64,000 bases of DNA from Callorhinchus milii. Taxonomy: Eukaryota. The position numbers and the translations under genes are program-made. Shown piece after piece: positions 53,116-64,000 of this stretch. Each line of letters opens with the position of its first letter. Positions within the stretch are counted from its first letter, which is position 1. The notes under the pieces were generated by a model that was not told where the DNA came from, made no database searches, and saw nothing but the letters and a program-made list of their open reading frames with translations. Where the stretch lies: positions 70,496,001 through 70,560,000 of the forward strand of contig NW_024704743.1 in assembly GCF_018977255.1 (NCBI RefSeq), in the 5' to 3' direction.

Positions 53116-53420
53116 AATAATAATAATCCTTGCATTTGATATCGCGCTTCTCACATCTTCTAGACGTCTCAAAGCGCTTTACAGAATAGACTGTAAAGTG
53201 AATTGATTGTGTATTTGTGGGCGAAATGCGGCAGCCAAATGTGCACAGCAATGTCCCACAAGCAGTTGTGGATTGAAATGACCAATTTATTGTTTTTTTT
53301 AGGGATTATTATCAGGCGTGTGGAGTAAGGAAACTTACCCAAGGTTTCGCCCTGGTGAGAATCGAACCCAGATCTCTTGCTTGCAAAGTGAGTGCTCTAA
53401 CCATTGAGCTACAGGACTCC
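53116..53420 (-). mobile_element. tRNA-Ala SINE, short subfamily
   Basis: Complete; stem-loop loop is TAGAA. Confidence 0.9.
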
Positions 53421-53529
53421 TGATTTGGTTATGTGACTCACCAGTGGTAGTTTCACTCAGTTTCAACTCCTGGATACACTGTACAACAACAACTTGCATT
53501 TATATAGTGCCCTTATATATTGGCGAGAT

Positions 53530-54157
53530 ATGAGCCAGTCAAAAAGAGTCAGCATGGATTGTGAAGAGTAGGTCATGTCTGACTAGTCTAGTTGAATTTT
53601 TTTGAGGATGTCACTAAAATGGTGAATAAGAGAGTGTCTATGGATGTCGTTTATATGAACTTTCAGAAGGAGAAGATGGAATGGAGATTTACAAGGATAA
53701 TACTGGAACTGCAAGGTTATATCTATCAGGAAAGGCTGAACAAGCTTGGACTTCTTGAAAAGAGAAGGGTGAGGGGTGACCTAATAGAGGTCTTTAAAAT
53801 TCTGAAAGGGTTTGATAGGGTAGACATAGAGACAATGTTTCCATTTGGGGGGAGACCAAAACCAGGGGCCATAAATATAAAATAGTCACCAATAAATCAA
53901 ATAGGGAAGTCAGAAGAAGCTTCTTTACTCAGAGAGTGGTGGGAATGTGCAACTTGCTATCACAAGGAGTAGTTGAGGCGAATGCATTTAAGGGGAAATT
54001 AGATAAGTACATGAGGGTGAAAGGAATGGAAAGTTATGCTGATAGGCTTACTTGAGGAAGAGCAGGAGGAGGCTCATGTGGAGCATAAATGCCAGCATAG
54101 ACCAGTTGGGTCGAATGGCCTGTTTCTGTGCTGTATATTCTATGTAATTCTATGTAA
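53530..54157 (+). mobile_element. CR1 LINE, 5'-truncated and internally deleted
   Basis: FFEDVTK..MDVVYMNFQK joined to RFTRII..YQERLNKLGL..RGDLIEVFKILKGFDRVD; the 3' UTR ends TTCTATGTAATTCTATGTAA. Confidence 0.9.
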
Positions 54158-55917
54158 TAAGGAATAACTGTTGGTTACTGCCTGCTACGAAAAAGGATGA
54201 GATAGTTATTAAAAATGCGGAGCATTGTAGTACTTCCAGCATCTCAGGGCACGGTGACAAAACACTGAGATAGTTGAGAAAAACTCAAAAGCAACTTTTG
54301 TAGATCCTTGAATTTAGGGAGAAAAGGAATAAGTCTGTCAATAATATGGTTGAAATACAGTGGAATATGTATTTCCAGGTTAAGAGGCTATAACATAGGA
54401 GAGCTTTTTTTCAAATGATATTTTATATTTTGAAAAAGTATGTGTCATTGACAGGGGTAACACCTCCCCTGTCACCTTGCTAAGAATTTGCAAGAAATTG
54501 TACGAGTAACACCAAAAGTATAGTTCCAGTGATAAATCTTCCTCATCATTCAAATCAAATGCCGCTGAAAATTGTTTGAGTTAGAGTAGCACCAGTGAGG
54601 TCTTTGAATAGGAACTTTAAAGCCCATTTGTTAAGATGTTAACCCTGCAAGCCAAAGCCCTAATAGATAGGGTGGTCCGAAGTGGACGTCGGTTGGAAGC
54701 TTGTCAGGCAGTGCTTTTAATGGCAAGCTACTTGGTTTTAGCTGGTTAGATTTCCCAAGACACATTCTGGGGAGTCCCCAATCCTTGACTCTTTTCAACC
54801 TGCACCTAATACTCTCCAGAATTGGCTAAAGCAGAGTGTGATCCTCCAGGGAGAGAGTGTGTATTCCATTCCACACACAGGAATTTCCATATGAACTTTT
54901 GCACGGAACTCTCAGTCTGGTTTGAATATTTTTAAGCACGGTGATGGGTTTCTGTATGTTATAGACAAGCTGCTGATCGAAATATTAAGATGTACTCTTT
55001 ATTACTACTAGTAATAGTGATTACAGCACATGAGTTCCAATTGCTAATAACAAGCTTTGGATTATAGGAACATTGCAAGAACTAAAGTGAGTGGTAATGG
55101 GTTGCTGACAGAGAATCCACCTGTTTACTTCCTGTTATACCATAGGCAGAAAAACAGATTAAAATAATCAAGTAGCTGCATACTAATTTTCCAGCTGTCT
55201 CTAGAGGAGGAATATGACCAGCGCTGGTGGTAAAGAGCAGCTGGGTACATGGGCTTCCAACAGTATGGTTCTAATATGTGACAAAACAATGTAAAATAGA
55301 TCTTTGCAGCTCTTTAGGGTTATGTCTATCGCAATACAATTTATATTTATATATATTCGCCCGCAAAATATACAGTCAATCCACTTTACAGTATACCCTG
55401 TGACGTGCTTTGAAGTGTCTCAAAGACGTGATAAGGCGCTATATCAAATGCATTATTATTATGGATTATTATTATATTATAGAGCTTTTCACATCGGGAG
55501 GACATCCCAAAGCAAATTTACAGTACTGGATGGGCACCAGGGTTGGTAGTAGGAGTTTGTGGTGGGAAACAATGACCGAATTGATGACAAAAGCAGATTA
55601 TGTAGCCATAGACAATACTGTTACCTCTCTTCTCGATTGTAACTATATTGATCTAAGACGTCCTCCCGACTTGAAAGGCAGTATGTAAATGTGAATTGTA
55701 TTATATAGATTTTGTGTAATGATAAGATCTAACTACAGAATTTTCAAAGCAACATTTTAAATTTTGTAAAACTTAAAGTATTATTTTGAAATAAAGACAT
55801 CTATTACCAATATTACAAATTTCTAACTTTTAGTTTTATATTACTCTCCCTCTGTACGGGAGCCTTCATCTTGAGAGAATAATTATTCCCTATATAAATT
55901 GTGAATTCCCTTCATTA

Positions 55918-56240
55918 TGTGGAGTCCTGTAGCTCAGTGGTTAGAGCACTCGCTTTGCAAGTGAGAGACCTGAGTTCAATTCCCGGCAGAGGGCAAAACC
56001 TTGGGCAAGTTTCCTTACTCCACACAGAGCCTAATAATAATCCCTCCAAAACAAAACAATAATAAATTGGTCATTTTCAATCCACGACTGTTTGTGGGAC
56101 ATTGCTGTGCGCAATTGGCTGCCGCGTTCGCCCACAAATATAGTCAATTCACTTTACAGTGTGTTCTGTGAAACGCTTTGGGACGTCCTCCCGACGTGAA
56201 AAGCGCTATATCAAATGCAAGGATTATTATTATTATTATT
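55918..56240 (+). mobile_element. tRNA-Ala SINE, short subfamily (young, CpG-retaining)
   Basis: Intact A/B boxes, TTTGCAA anticodon loop, L2-type stem-loop and (ATT)n tail. Confidence 0.94.
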
Positions 56241-56424
56241 TTAAACATCTGTTTTTCACCCTCCCTCCATATACAGTAAAAACATATTATCCAGAGTGAT
56301 GAGTTAGGCATAAATAAATGTGCCCGGGATATTGATAGCATGATGACTTTAGTGGTAGTGACAAGTTAAGCCAGTGTTGCGTTATCAGGAGTTTATTGTA
56401 TGTTAAGGTGTAATAGTTTGTTTT

Positions 56425-56805
56425 TCATCTTCAAGGCTCTCCATGGCCTTGCTCCTTCTTACTTGAGTGACCCACGAACACCATATCAACCTGTCTGCTC
56501 CATACTCTCAGCAGGCTCCAGCTTGCTCCCGATCCCCCGCCTGGCCCACCCTACCATCGGTGGTCGGGTCTTCAGCCTCTCTGCCCCCACCCTTTGGAAC
56601 TCCATCCCACAGTCCCTTCACCTTGATCCCTCCTTTGCCTTTTACAAGGCGTGTCTCAAGACTCTCCTCTTCGACCACACCTTCAGCCACCCTCCCTGAC
56701 TTCCTGATCCCAACCGCCCGATCAGATCCAAATCCCTGACTGTCCAGCGCCTTCGGACATCCTCCTGATGTGAAAGGCACTATAAAAATGTAATTTGCTC
56801 TTGTT
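56425..56805 (+). mobile_element. L2 3' fragment
   Basis: FKALHGLAPSYLSD..GGRVFSLSAPTLWNSIP..LKTLLF. Confidence 0.9.
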
Positions 56806-56914
56806 GGTGGTGGTGGTGGGTATTGGGATACGATTTTGAGTACAGTGTGTATGAATTAATTATCTTTGAATAACCTGTGTATCAGTGAACTATTTTAATT
56901 AGGATGCAAGACGA

Positions 56915-57160
56915 TAGTAGGACACGAGGGCATAGTTTAGAGTTGTAAAGGCAATTTCAGGACAGATAGCAGGAAGTTTTTATTTAAACAGAGGGCAATA
57001 ACCAACAGGAGCAAGTTGCCAGGAATGATGGTAAAGTCTAGGACTCTGGACTCATTGAAAAAACAGTTTGATGCTGTGATTATGACATTGTAGGGCAGGT
57101 ATTCTGGGTGAGATCAGATAAGCTGAAGGGTCTTCTTCATCCAAACCCATTCTTGTGATC
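56915..57160 (+). mobile_element. CR1 3' fragment, old
   Basis: GGACACGAGGGCATAGTTTAGA..TTCAGGACAGAT..GGAAGTTTTTATTTAAACAGAGGG. Confidence 0.6.
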
Positions 57161-57454
57161 TTTGCTGCATGACAGGTGTATGATAGGGAAATACTGTAAA
57201 GACCAATTCTTTATAAGATAGTTATCAAGGATATGCTGGAAGAGCAAAAACTCAGGCCATCTGGTAGCTAAGATCTAACAGTTTTCTGGAAAGTTCTTGG
57301 AACTGCGGAAACCCTTCTTGCTATTCGCTAAACACTTGTTGTGTTAACGAGATTTCTCACTCTCTTTTACTTTGATGTTTGCTGTTCTTGTGAATTTAAG
57401 ACACTCTTACTGAGCTAAAATGGAAAAAATGTTGAATGTAACAAATCTTAAATC

Positions 57455-57635
57455 ACAATGGAAATTCAGCAATGCCAGAAGGTCAACCAATATTATCTAT
57501 GAAACAGAAAGGCTCACATCAGGTCTAAGCCTTTGAGAGTGAATCCTAATGAAGGGTCACATGCAACACTTAACCCTTCTTTTTCAGATATTGATCCACC
57601 TGCAGACCTGCAGTAATTTCCAGCATATTTACTTT
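57455..57635. mobile_element. Degenerate Penelope-like pseudo-LTR piece(s)
   Basis: CCTAATGAAGGGTCAC..TTCAGAT..GACCTGCAGTAATTTCCAGCAT resembles 32441-32560; another fragment lies at ~26960-27035 (minus strand). Confidence 0.45.
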
Positions 57636-58134
57636 ACGGTTTCTGTGCATCTTTAGAAACAGGATTCTTTATACATTTTGAAATCTTTGCTTGAAAGGTG
57701 TCAATGGTAACATAAAATGTATATTATGATGCTGTATTTACCAGAGTAAAGAATTCAGATTGATACAGTGCCTGCAACTTCAAAACATTTTAAAGAGCTT
57801 CACACATTATTTTCTTTCAAGTGTATTTATTGTACATTTGCAGCCAATTTGCCCATACAAACAGCAATGAAGTGAATGATCAATTCATCAGGAGATGTGT
57901 TGGCCAGGATACTGAGAGACACTCCCTTTTCTTTTTGAATAATTTCATGGGATCTTTAACCTTCACCTGAACAGTCATGCAGGACTTGGCTTGTCTGAAG
58001 GACAGCACCTCCAACAATTCTGTGCTTCGCCAACGTTTCACCAGATGTCAGCATGGTCTATGAGCTAGCTCAAGGTCCCAGTGTGACCCAGAGGCAAGAG
58101 TGGTGCCAAGCTAACATTACTTGTAACTGGTAAA

Positions 58135-58405
58135 CAACAACAAAATGCATTTACATGGCACCTTTCATGTTGGGAGAATCTCCCAAGGCGCTGAATAATA
58201 TGGGGTTTGCACCTGAGCTGTGAGGTGTGATCAGAGAGGATTGGAGGGCAAGGTGGGTGGAGGGAAGAAGATGACTGAAGGCATGATCAAAAAGTAAGGT
58301 CTGGAGATGGGCCTTGAAGGAGGCAAGGGACGTGGCCAGGCAGAGGGGCTCCGGGATACAGTTCCAGAGGTTGCAGAGCAGAAAGGCTGAAGGACTGAAC
58401 ACCAA
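58135..58405 (-). mobile_element. L2 3' fragment
   Basis: LWNCIPEPL..FKAHLQTLLFDHAF and tail. Confidence 0.82.
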
Positions 58406-59904
58406 TAGGAAAGTAGAAGGAACTTTTAACCACAATCCGATAACCAGAGGAGTGCCCCACACATTACATCTAAACAAAGAAGCTGGCTCAGAAACTAGAT
58501 TGAGTTGGAACTTTCTTGTGAATCGACATCACGGCCTTCAAGATTTCTTTATTAAGAAATCCCTGTAGGAAATATTGTAAAATTGCCCCTATTATTGGCA
58601 TAGTTATTGTTATTGCTATTATTGCCTTAGCTTCCACTGCATTGAATCTGGTTCCTTGAAGGGTAGTTTGTTTATGCGGTAACCACAACACTGGCACAAT
58701 TGCTTTATTTTGTGAATTATTCCCTGGTAGTCTCAGTGGAGATTTGGTTATACAGATGGTTCCTCATGTCTTGGGTTCATTGTTGCTTAGAAGACCTACC
58801 TTCTGTGCTTTCTGTGTATACTATATTGTTCTGATTCAGTGGAGCAAAGAGAAGAGATTGTAATGTGATAAATAATTCCACATGTGGGTTGATTTGATGA
58901 TTCACAAGAGACTAAGTCAATAATTCCCTGAGTGGAATTATTTATTGTATTGCACAAACCCTATACACTATTCCATTTATCCGATCTGTTTGAAGTCAGT
59001 GTAAGTTGTACGGTTAGTGAACCTGGGACATTCCACTCCAGCCACTAACTGACAGAAGTGATCACATTGCCCTGCTTCTCTGATTTTAATTTTTGGCCAA
59101 AAGTTTATCACTGCAGCCACTGAGGCTGGCTGTGCTTTTATTCCTGCTATTGCTATTATCCGAGCCACAACAAAACCATTTCACTGCTGGCTGAGGGAAT
59201 ACTGACCAAACTCAGGTAGCTTTTAAAGTTGATTTAGCTTTTAACTGAATACTAATTTGAATCCTAACTCTTCTTCCCGCGTGAAAGGCGCTATAAATTG
59301 CTATTTGTTGTTGTTGTTAAATTCCCCGTAGCAGTTTATCTTGGGCTCCAACATAAGCGGCCTAGTCTAATGCAGAGTTACCCACTATTAGGTAATTTGG
59401 CCTGGGCTTAGACCATCATTTTATTTATTAGTGACGTGTTGTTGCTCTAGTAAAATTGCTCAGTATGAAAGGACTATCTCATGTTGTGATAATCAGCACA
59501 ACACATTCTGATTTTTTCACACTTACATTTTAAATATAATTGTTATTTTTTCTGATGAACAACCATGATACAAAGTTGCTAGCTTGTCACCGCATGTAAT
59601 ACTCAGACTTACAGTATAATAGGAATTCAAAAATAAGTTCTTATCACCTAGGTTGTTAGAGTATAATTGAAGAATCACCTCAAACTTGTACAGAAAGTTA
59701 ACTATTATGTGCAACACATATGAACCCAAAGTAAGCCCGATTTGGTGGTGGTTTATATTGCTGTAAACCACACAATTACATTATATTGCTATAAACCACA
59801 CAATTACATTATTCCATTAATACAACAAACAGGTTGATTTTATAAACTCATTTAATGACTTTATCTTGAGGAGCCTTACTGCATGATCAGCAATAATAAT
59901 AGTA

Positions 59905-60580
59905 CAATACAATATTACATTTGTATAGCGTCTTTCAGATCGGGAGGACGTCCCAAGGCGCTGAACAGACAGGGATTAGGACCCGAGCGTGGAGCGAGAT
60001 CGGATCAGTGAGGGTAGCGGGCAGAGGGTAGGAAGTGGCTGAAGGCACGGTCGAAGAGGAGGGTCCTGAGCCATGCCTTGAAGGAGGCATGGGAAGGAGC
60101 AAGGCAAGGGGAATGTGGGATGGAGTTCCAGAGGGTGGAGGCAGAGAGGCTGAAGGCCCAACCGCTGATGATGTGGGTGGGCCGAGCAGGGGACATGGAG
60201 CAAGCCTGAGCATAGGGAGCGGACAGATTGATAAGGGGTTAGCAGGTCAGAGAGGTAGGAGGGGGCAAGGCCATGGAGGGCCTTGAAGTTGAGGACGAGA
60301 ATTTTGAACTTGATCCTCTGAGGGATGGGGAGCCAGTGGAGCACGGGGTTGGCATAGTCATGCTTGGATGTAATGAAGGCACGTATGAGGGTTTTGATGG
60401 CCTGAGGGGTGAGGCAGTGGTGAAGTCCAGCAATATTGTTGAGGCGAAGGAAGGCAGAGTGGGTAATGGCACGGATGTGGCGGAGAGAGGACAGTTGAGG
60501 GTCGAACAAGATGTCTAGGTTCCTGACTAGCTTGGGGAGGTGGAGTGTGCATCTGTGGCTGCTGATACTGCTAGTGCCTG
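59905..60580 (-). mobile_element. L2 3' fragment with a small internal deletion
   Basis: VRNLDILFDPQLS..DYANP|VLHWLPIPQRIKFKILVL; the segment between DY.N and LHWLP is missing. Confidence 0.9.
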
Positions 60581-60909
60581 AGTAATTAGTAATACAATAA
60601 CAACTTGCATTTATGTAGCATCCTCCACATCGGATAAGTCTCGGAACTTCACGGTGAAGAGATTGGATACTAAGCAAAGTGTGTGTGTCTAGTGGAGGGG
60701 GGGGGGGGGGGGGGTGGGGAGAGGGGGGCAAGGGTGATAAAAGGTGCATTCAATGGGATAGGATTTAATGTGGGATTTGAAGATAGATAGAGGATGAGGT
60801 CGAGGTATAGAGGCAAGCAATAAATCTAATACTAGCCTTTCATGAACATATAATCTCAGCTGTGAGTTCCCAGGAATAAATGATGGAGACAGCCAAACAT
60901 TTGAGAAGT

Positions 60910-62925
60910 TATTCTGTAGCATGTGTCCTCTCCCACACCAGGCTCCTTGACCCTATCATCCCCATTCTCGCCCGATTCCACTGACTTCCCATCACACAGA
61001 GGATACAGTTCAAGATCCTAGTCCTCACCTTCAAAGCCCTCCATGACCTTGATCCCCCCTACCTCTGCAACATCCTAAACCCCTACCAACCTGCCCTCTC
61101 CCTCAGCTCCAACTTGCTTCACGTCCCCTGACTCACACGCCCCACTATTGGTGTGTGGGCCTTCAGCTACTCTGTCCCCACCCTCTGCAGTCCCTCCACC
61201 TCGGCCCCACCCTTGCCTCCTTCAAGACCCATCTCAAGAGCCTCCTCTTTGACCGTGCTTTCGATCATCGTACTTCACCCCCTGCCCTCCACCCTCCACA
61301 ATCCCGATCCCCAGCTCATGTCCGAAACACTGACTGTCTAAATTTTCTAAATCTCAATCAATCTGAATTTGGCAGAGAATAAGTGACACTAAATAACATT
61401 ATTTCAATTTAAATTTTTCAGGAATTGTAAGTTATGTTTGAATCAGCTGCTATGAAACATATCAAGATACTTCTATTTCCTGTTGCTATAATGAAAAACA
61501 GAACGTGTAAGTTTGTTTTGAGTCATGGTGCTTCATAAGGAGAGTTGGTTAAGTATCACTTCAGTTCTGAGTTGCATGGCTTTCACGTATTTTCTTTTCT
61601 CCACCTCACTTGGTTCATCCTTTTTCATACCTTCCTGAAATCTGACACATCTGGTAAATCTAGTAACCTGTGTAGCACCATGAAGCTTAAAAACTATTAT
61701 GGAATGTGTTCAAATAGTGCTATATTGATTCACTCAATTTGCGACTATTTTGTATCACATGGAGTTATTACCGTTCTGTATATTTTGCAGCAACATTTAT
61801 GTAAATTAAAACACTTTATATTAATATACCTTGCATTTGATATTGTCTGTAACAACTTAAAGCATAGTTTCCAAAACTCTGTAGCTCGTGTACTCTCGCG
61901 CACCAGGCTCCATGACCCCATCACTTCCACCCTCGCCCGACTCCACTGGCTCCCCATCCCTCAGAGGATCGAATTCAAGATCCTCGTCCTCACTTTCAAG
62001 GCCATCCTTGGCCTTGCCCCCTCCTACCTCTCTGACCTGCTGACTCCCTACCAACCTGCCCCCTCCCTCCATTCAGCAGGCTCCGGTCTGCTCCATGTCT
62101 CCCGCCCGACCTGCCCTACCATCGGTGGCCGGGCTTTCAGCCTCTCTGCTCTCACACTCTAAAACTCCACCCCACAGTCCCTTCACCTTGCTTCATCCCT
62201 TGCCTCCTTCAAGGCCGGTCTCAATGACCCTTCTCTTCGATCGTGCCTTTGGTCGGCCTCTCACCTCCCTGCCTTCCCTCACCCCTACACCACCCCTCCC
62301 CCATGCTCGGGTCCTGACACCTGACTATTCAGCACTTTGGGACTTCCTCCCAAGTGTAATTTTGTTGTTGTTGTTGATGATTGGTATCTGTAGGCAAATT
62401 CAGCAATCAGTTTGAATGCAGAATTGTCAAACAAACAGCCATGAAGTCAATGACAAATTTTATCTGGAGAATTGTAGGTCAGGAGATCAGGAAAAAAAAC
62501 TTCCTTCTCTTTTCAAGTGCCATGGGATCATCAACATATGCCCAACAGCAGATAATAATAATCCTTGCATTTGATACAACGCTTTTCATGTCTTCTAGAC
62601 GTCTCAAAACACTTCACAGAATATACGGTAAAGTGAATTCACTGTATATTTGTGGGCGAAACGTGGCAGCCAATTGCACACAGCAGTGTCCCACGAACAG
62701 TCGTGGATTGAGAGACCAAATTCTTATTGTTTATTTTTCTTAATGGATTATAATCCCTGGAAAAGAGATCCGCCAATCAACTAACAACCAGGTTCCTACT
62801 TAATGCTAGGTAAATAAAGGCATGTGGAGTAAGGAAACTTGCCCAACATTTCACACTGCGGGAATAGAACCCAAGTCTCTCACTTGTGAGGCGAGTACTG
62901 TAACCACTGAGCTACAGGACTCCAC
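60910..62925 (+). repeat. Duplicated block, copy 2 (copy 1 at 23895-25322), with an extra L2 at 61870-62377
   Basis: 61325-61625 aligns closely with 24331-24635, and 62380-62925 with 24765-25322. Confidence 0.9.
61870..62377 (+). mobile_element. L2 3' fragment present only in copy 2
   Basis: QNSVARVLSRTR..LHWLPIPQRIEFKILVL and a (TTG)n tail; absent from copy 1. Confidence 0.9.
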
Positions 62926-63270
62926 AATATGGTGCTTTATTACATCTTCGAGACGCCTCAAAGCGTTTCACAGAGTATACTGTAAAGTGAATTGACTGTA
63001 TATTTTGTGGGCGAAACTCGGCAGCCAATTGCATACAGACATCTCTGAAAACAAACAGTCGTTGATCGATTGACCACATTTTTATTATTTTTTTTTGGAT
63101 GGGATTATTACTCCTGGACAATCGACTAACAACCAGATTCTTACTTACTGCTAGGTGAACAGAGGAATGTGGTGTAAGGAAATTTGCCAAACGTTTCGCC
63201 CTGCTGGGAATCAAACCCAGGTTCTCTCGCTTGTGAAACAAGTGCTCTTATCACTAAGTTATAAAACTCC
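62552..63270 (-). mobile_element. Head-to-tail pair of long tRNA-Ala SINEs (62552-62925 and 62926-63270)
   Basis: Two heads and two bodies in tandem. Confidence 0.87.
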
Positions 63271-63346
63271 AATAATCTACAAAATATGTTTGGACTGTCT
63301 ATAAAATTTAAGTCAGAGTGATTTAAATAATATTCTTAACACACTT

Positions 63347-63515
63347 TACATAGGAACATAGGAACAGGAGTAGGCTGTTCAGCCCTTCGAGCCTGTTCTG
63401 CCATTTAATTAGATCATAGCTGATCTGTACCTCAACTAATCCTTTCAATTCCAATTTCCCGCTTTCTCCCCATATCCCTTGATACGCCGACCTACCAAAA
63501 ATCTACCAATCACTA
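63347..63515 (-). mobile_element. CR1 3' end
   Basis: ACATAGGAACATAGGAACAGGAGTAGGC..CAGCCCTTCGAGCCTGTTC matches the reverse complement of a shark-type CR1 3' UTR. Confidence 0.8.
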
Positions 63516-63674
63516 CCTTCATTACAGCAATCTTCTTGAGCCAAGTATTTTGTTGGCTTCAATGGGTTGGAGTAGACAGGTTCTTATTGAATACAATTTA
63601 TATTTATATAGCGCCTTTCACATTGGGGGATATCTGAAAGCAATTTCCACAATTTAATTTGGTAAAGGTGATAT

Positions 63675-63935
63675 TACAACAACAACAATTTGCATTTACA
63701 TAGTGCCCTTCATGCCAGATGGCTTCTCGGAGTGCTTATTACTAGACATCCAAGCCAGGATGGGGAGCTGAAGAGAATTGGGGGGAAGGGGGAGAAATGA
63801 ACGAACGTGATCAAACAGGTAGGTTTTGAGGCGGCCTTCGAAAGTGAGGAGGGAGGGGACAAGTTAGAGGGACTCTGGGATGGAGTTTGGGATAGTGGGT
63901 ACAGAATGTCTGAAAGTTTGCCCATTGATAGTGGG
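63675..63935 (-). mobile_element. L2 3' fragment
   Basis: Tail ACAACAACAACAATTTGCATTTACATAG and an L2-like body. Confidence 0.75.
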
Positions 63936-64000
63936 ACGGCTTAATGTCTCATCTGAAACACAACACCTCTGACAAGGCAATGCCCCTGCCCCTGCCCTGC

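Noticed and set aside
55921..55995. tRNA-Ala(TGC) gene
   Set aside because: No acceptor stem forms, and the head runs into a SINE body present in more than a dozen copies.
58569..58659. Transmembrane-like peptide IIGIVIVIAIIALA
   Set aside because: It arises from (ATT/GTT/GCT) low-complexity sequence and ends in a stop with no donor site.
61545..62162. 205-aa ORF
   Set aside because: It is a chance fusion of non-coding sequence with an L2 RT tail.

Overview
Repeat-rich, AT-rich vertebrate genomic DNA (intronic or intergenic), not prokaryotic. The repeat set points to a cartilaginous fish, possibly a chimaera; this is an inference. It comprises L2 LINEs with (TTG)n tails, a tRNA-Ala-headed SINE, DeuSINE-type SINEs, shark-type CR1 3' ends, a Penelope-like GIY-YIG element and RTE/RTE-X relics. 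The only recognisable proteins are frameshifted retroelement remnants, the best being a near-full-length L2 at 2541-5969 (minus strand, APE endonuclease plus RT). No host gene, true tRNA, rRNA or CRISPR array can be supported; a few minus-strand exon candidates are listed as leads only. The most notable structures are: (1) a three-level nest (minisatellite > SINE > L2); (2) a SINE subfamily whose 3' stem-loop carries the same loop as the L2, with a compensatory stem change; (3) a ~1.4-2 kb block duplicated 37 kb apart; (4) several inverted or palindromic structures; (5) a Penelope-like element with an inverted, deleted 5' copy; (6) lymphoid-enhancer-like motif clusters. I found no convincing new protein-coding system. 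Element boundaries were read by eye and are approximate.
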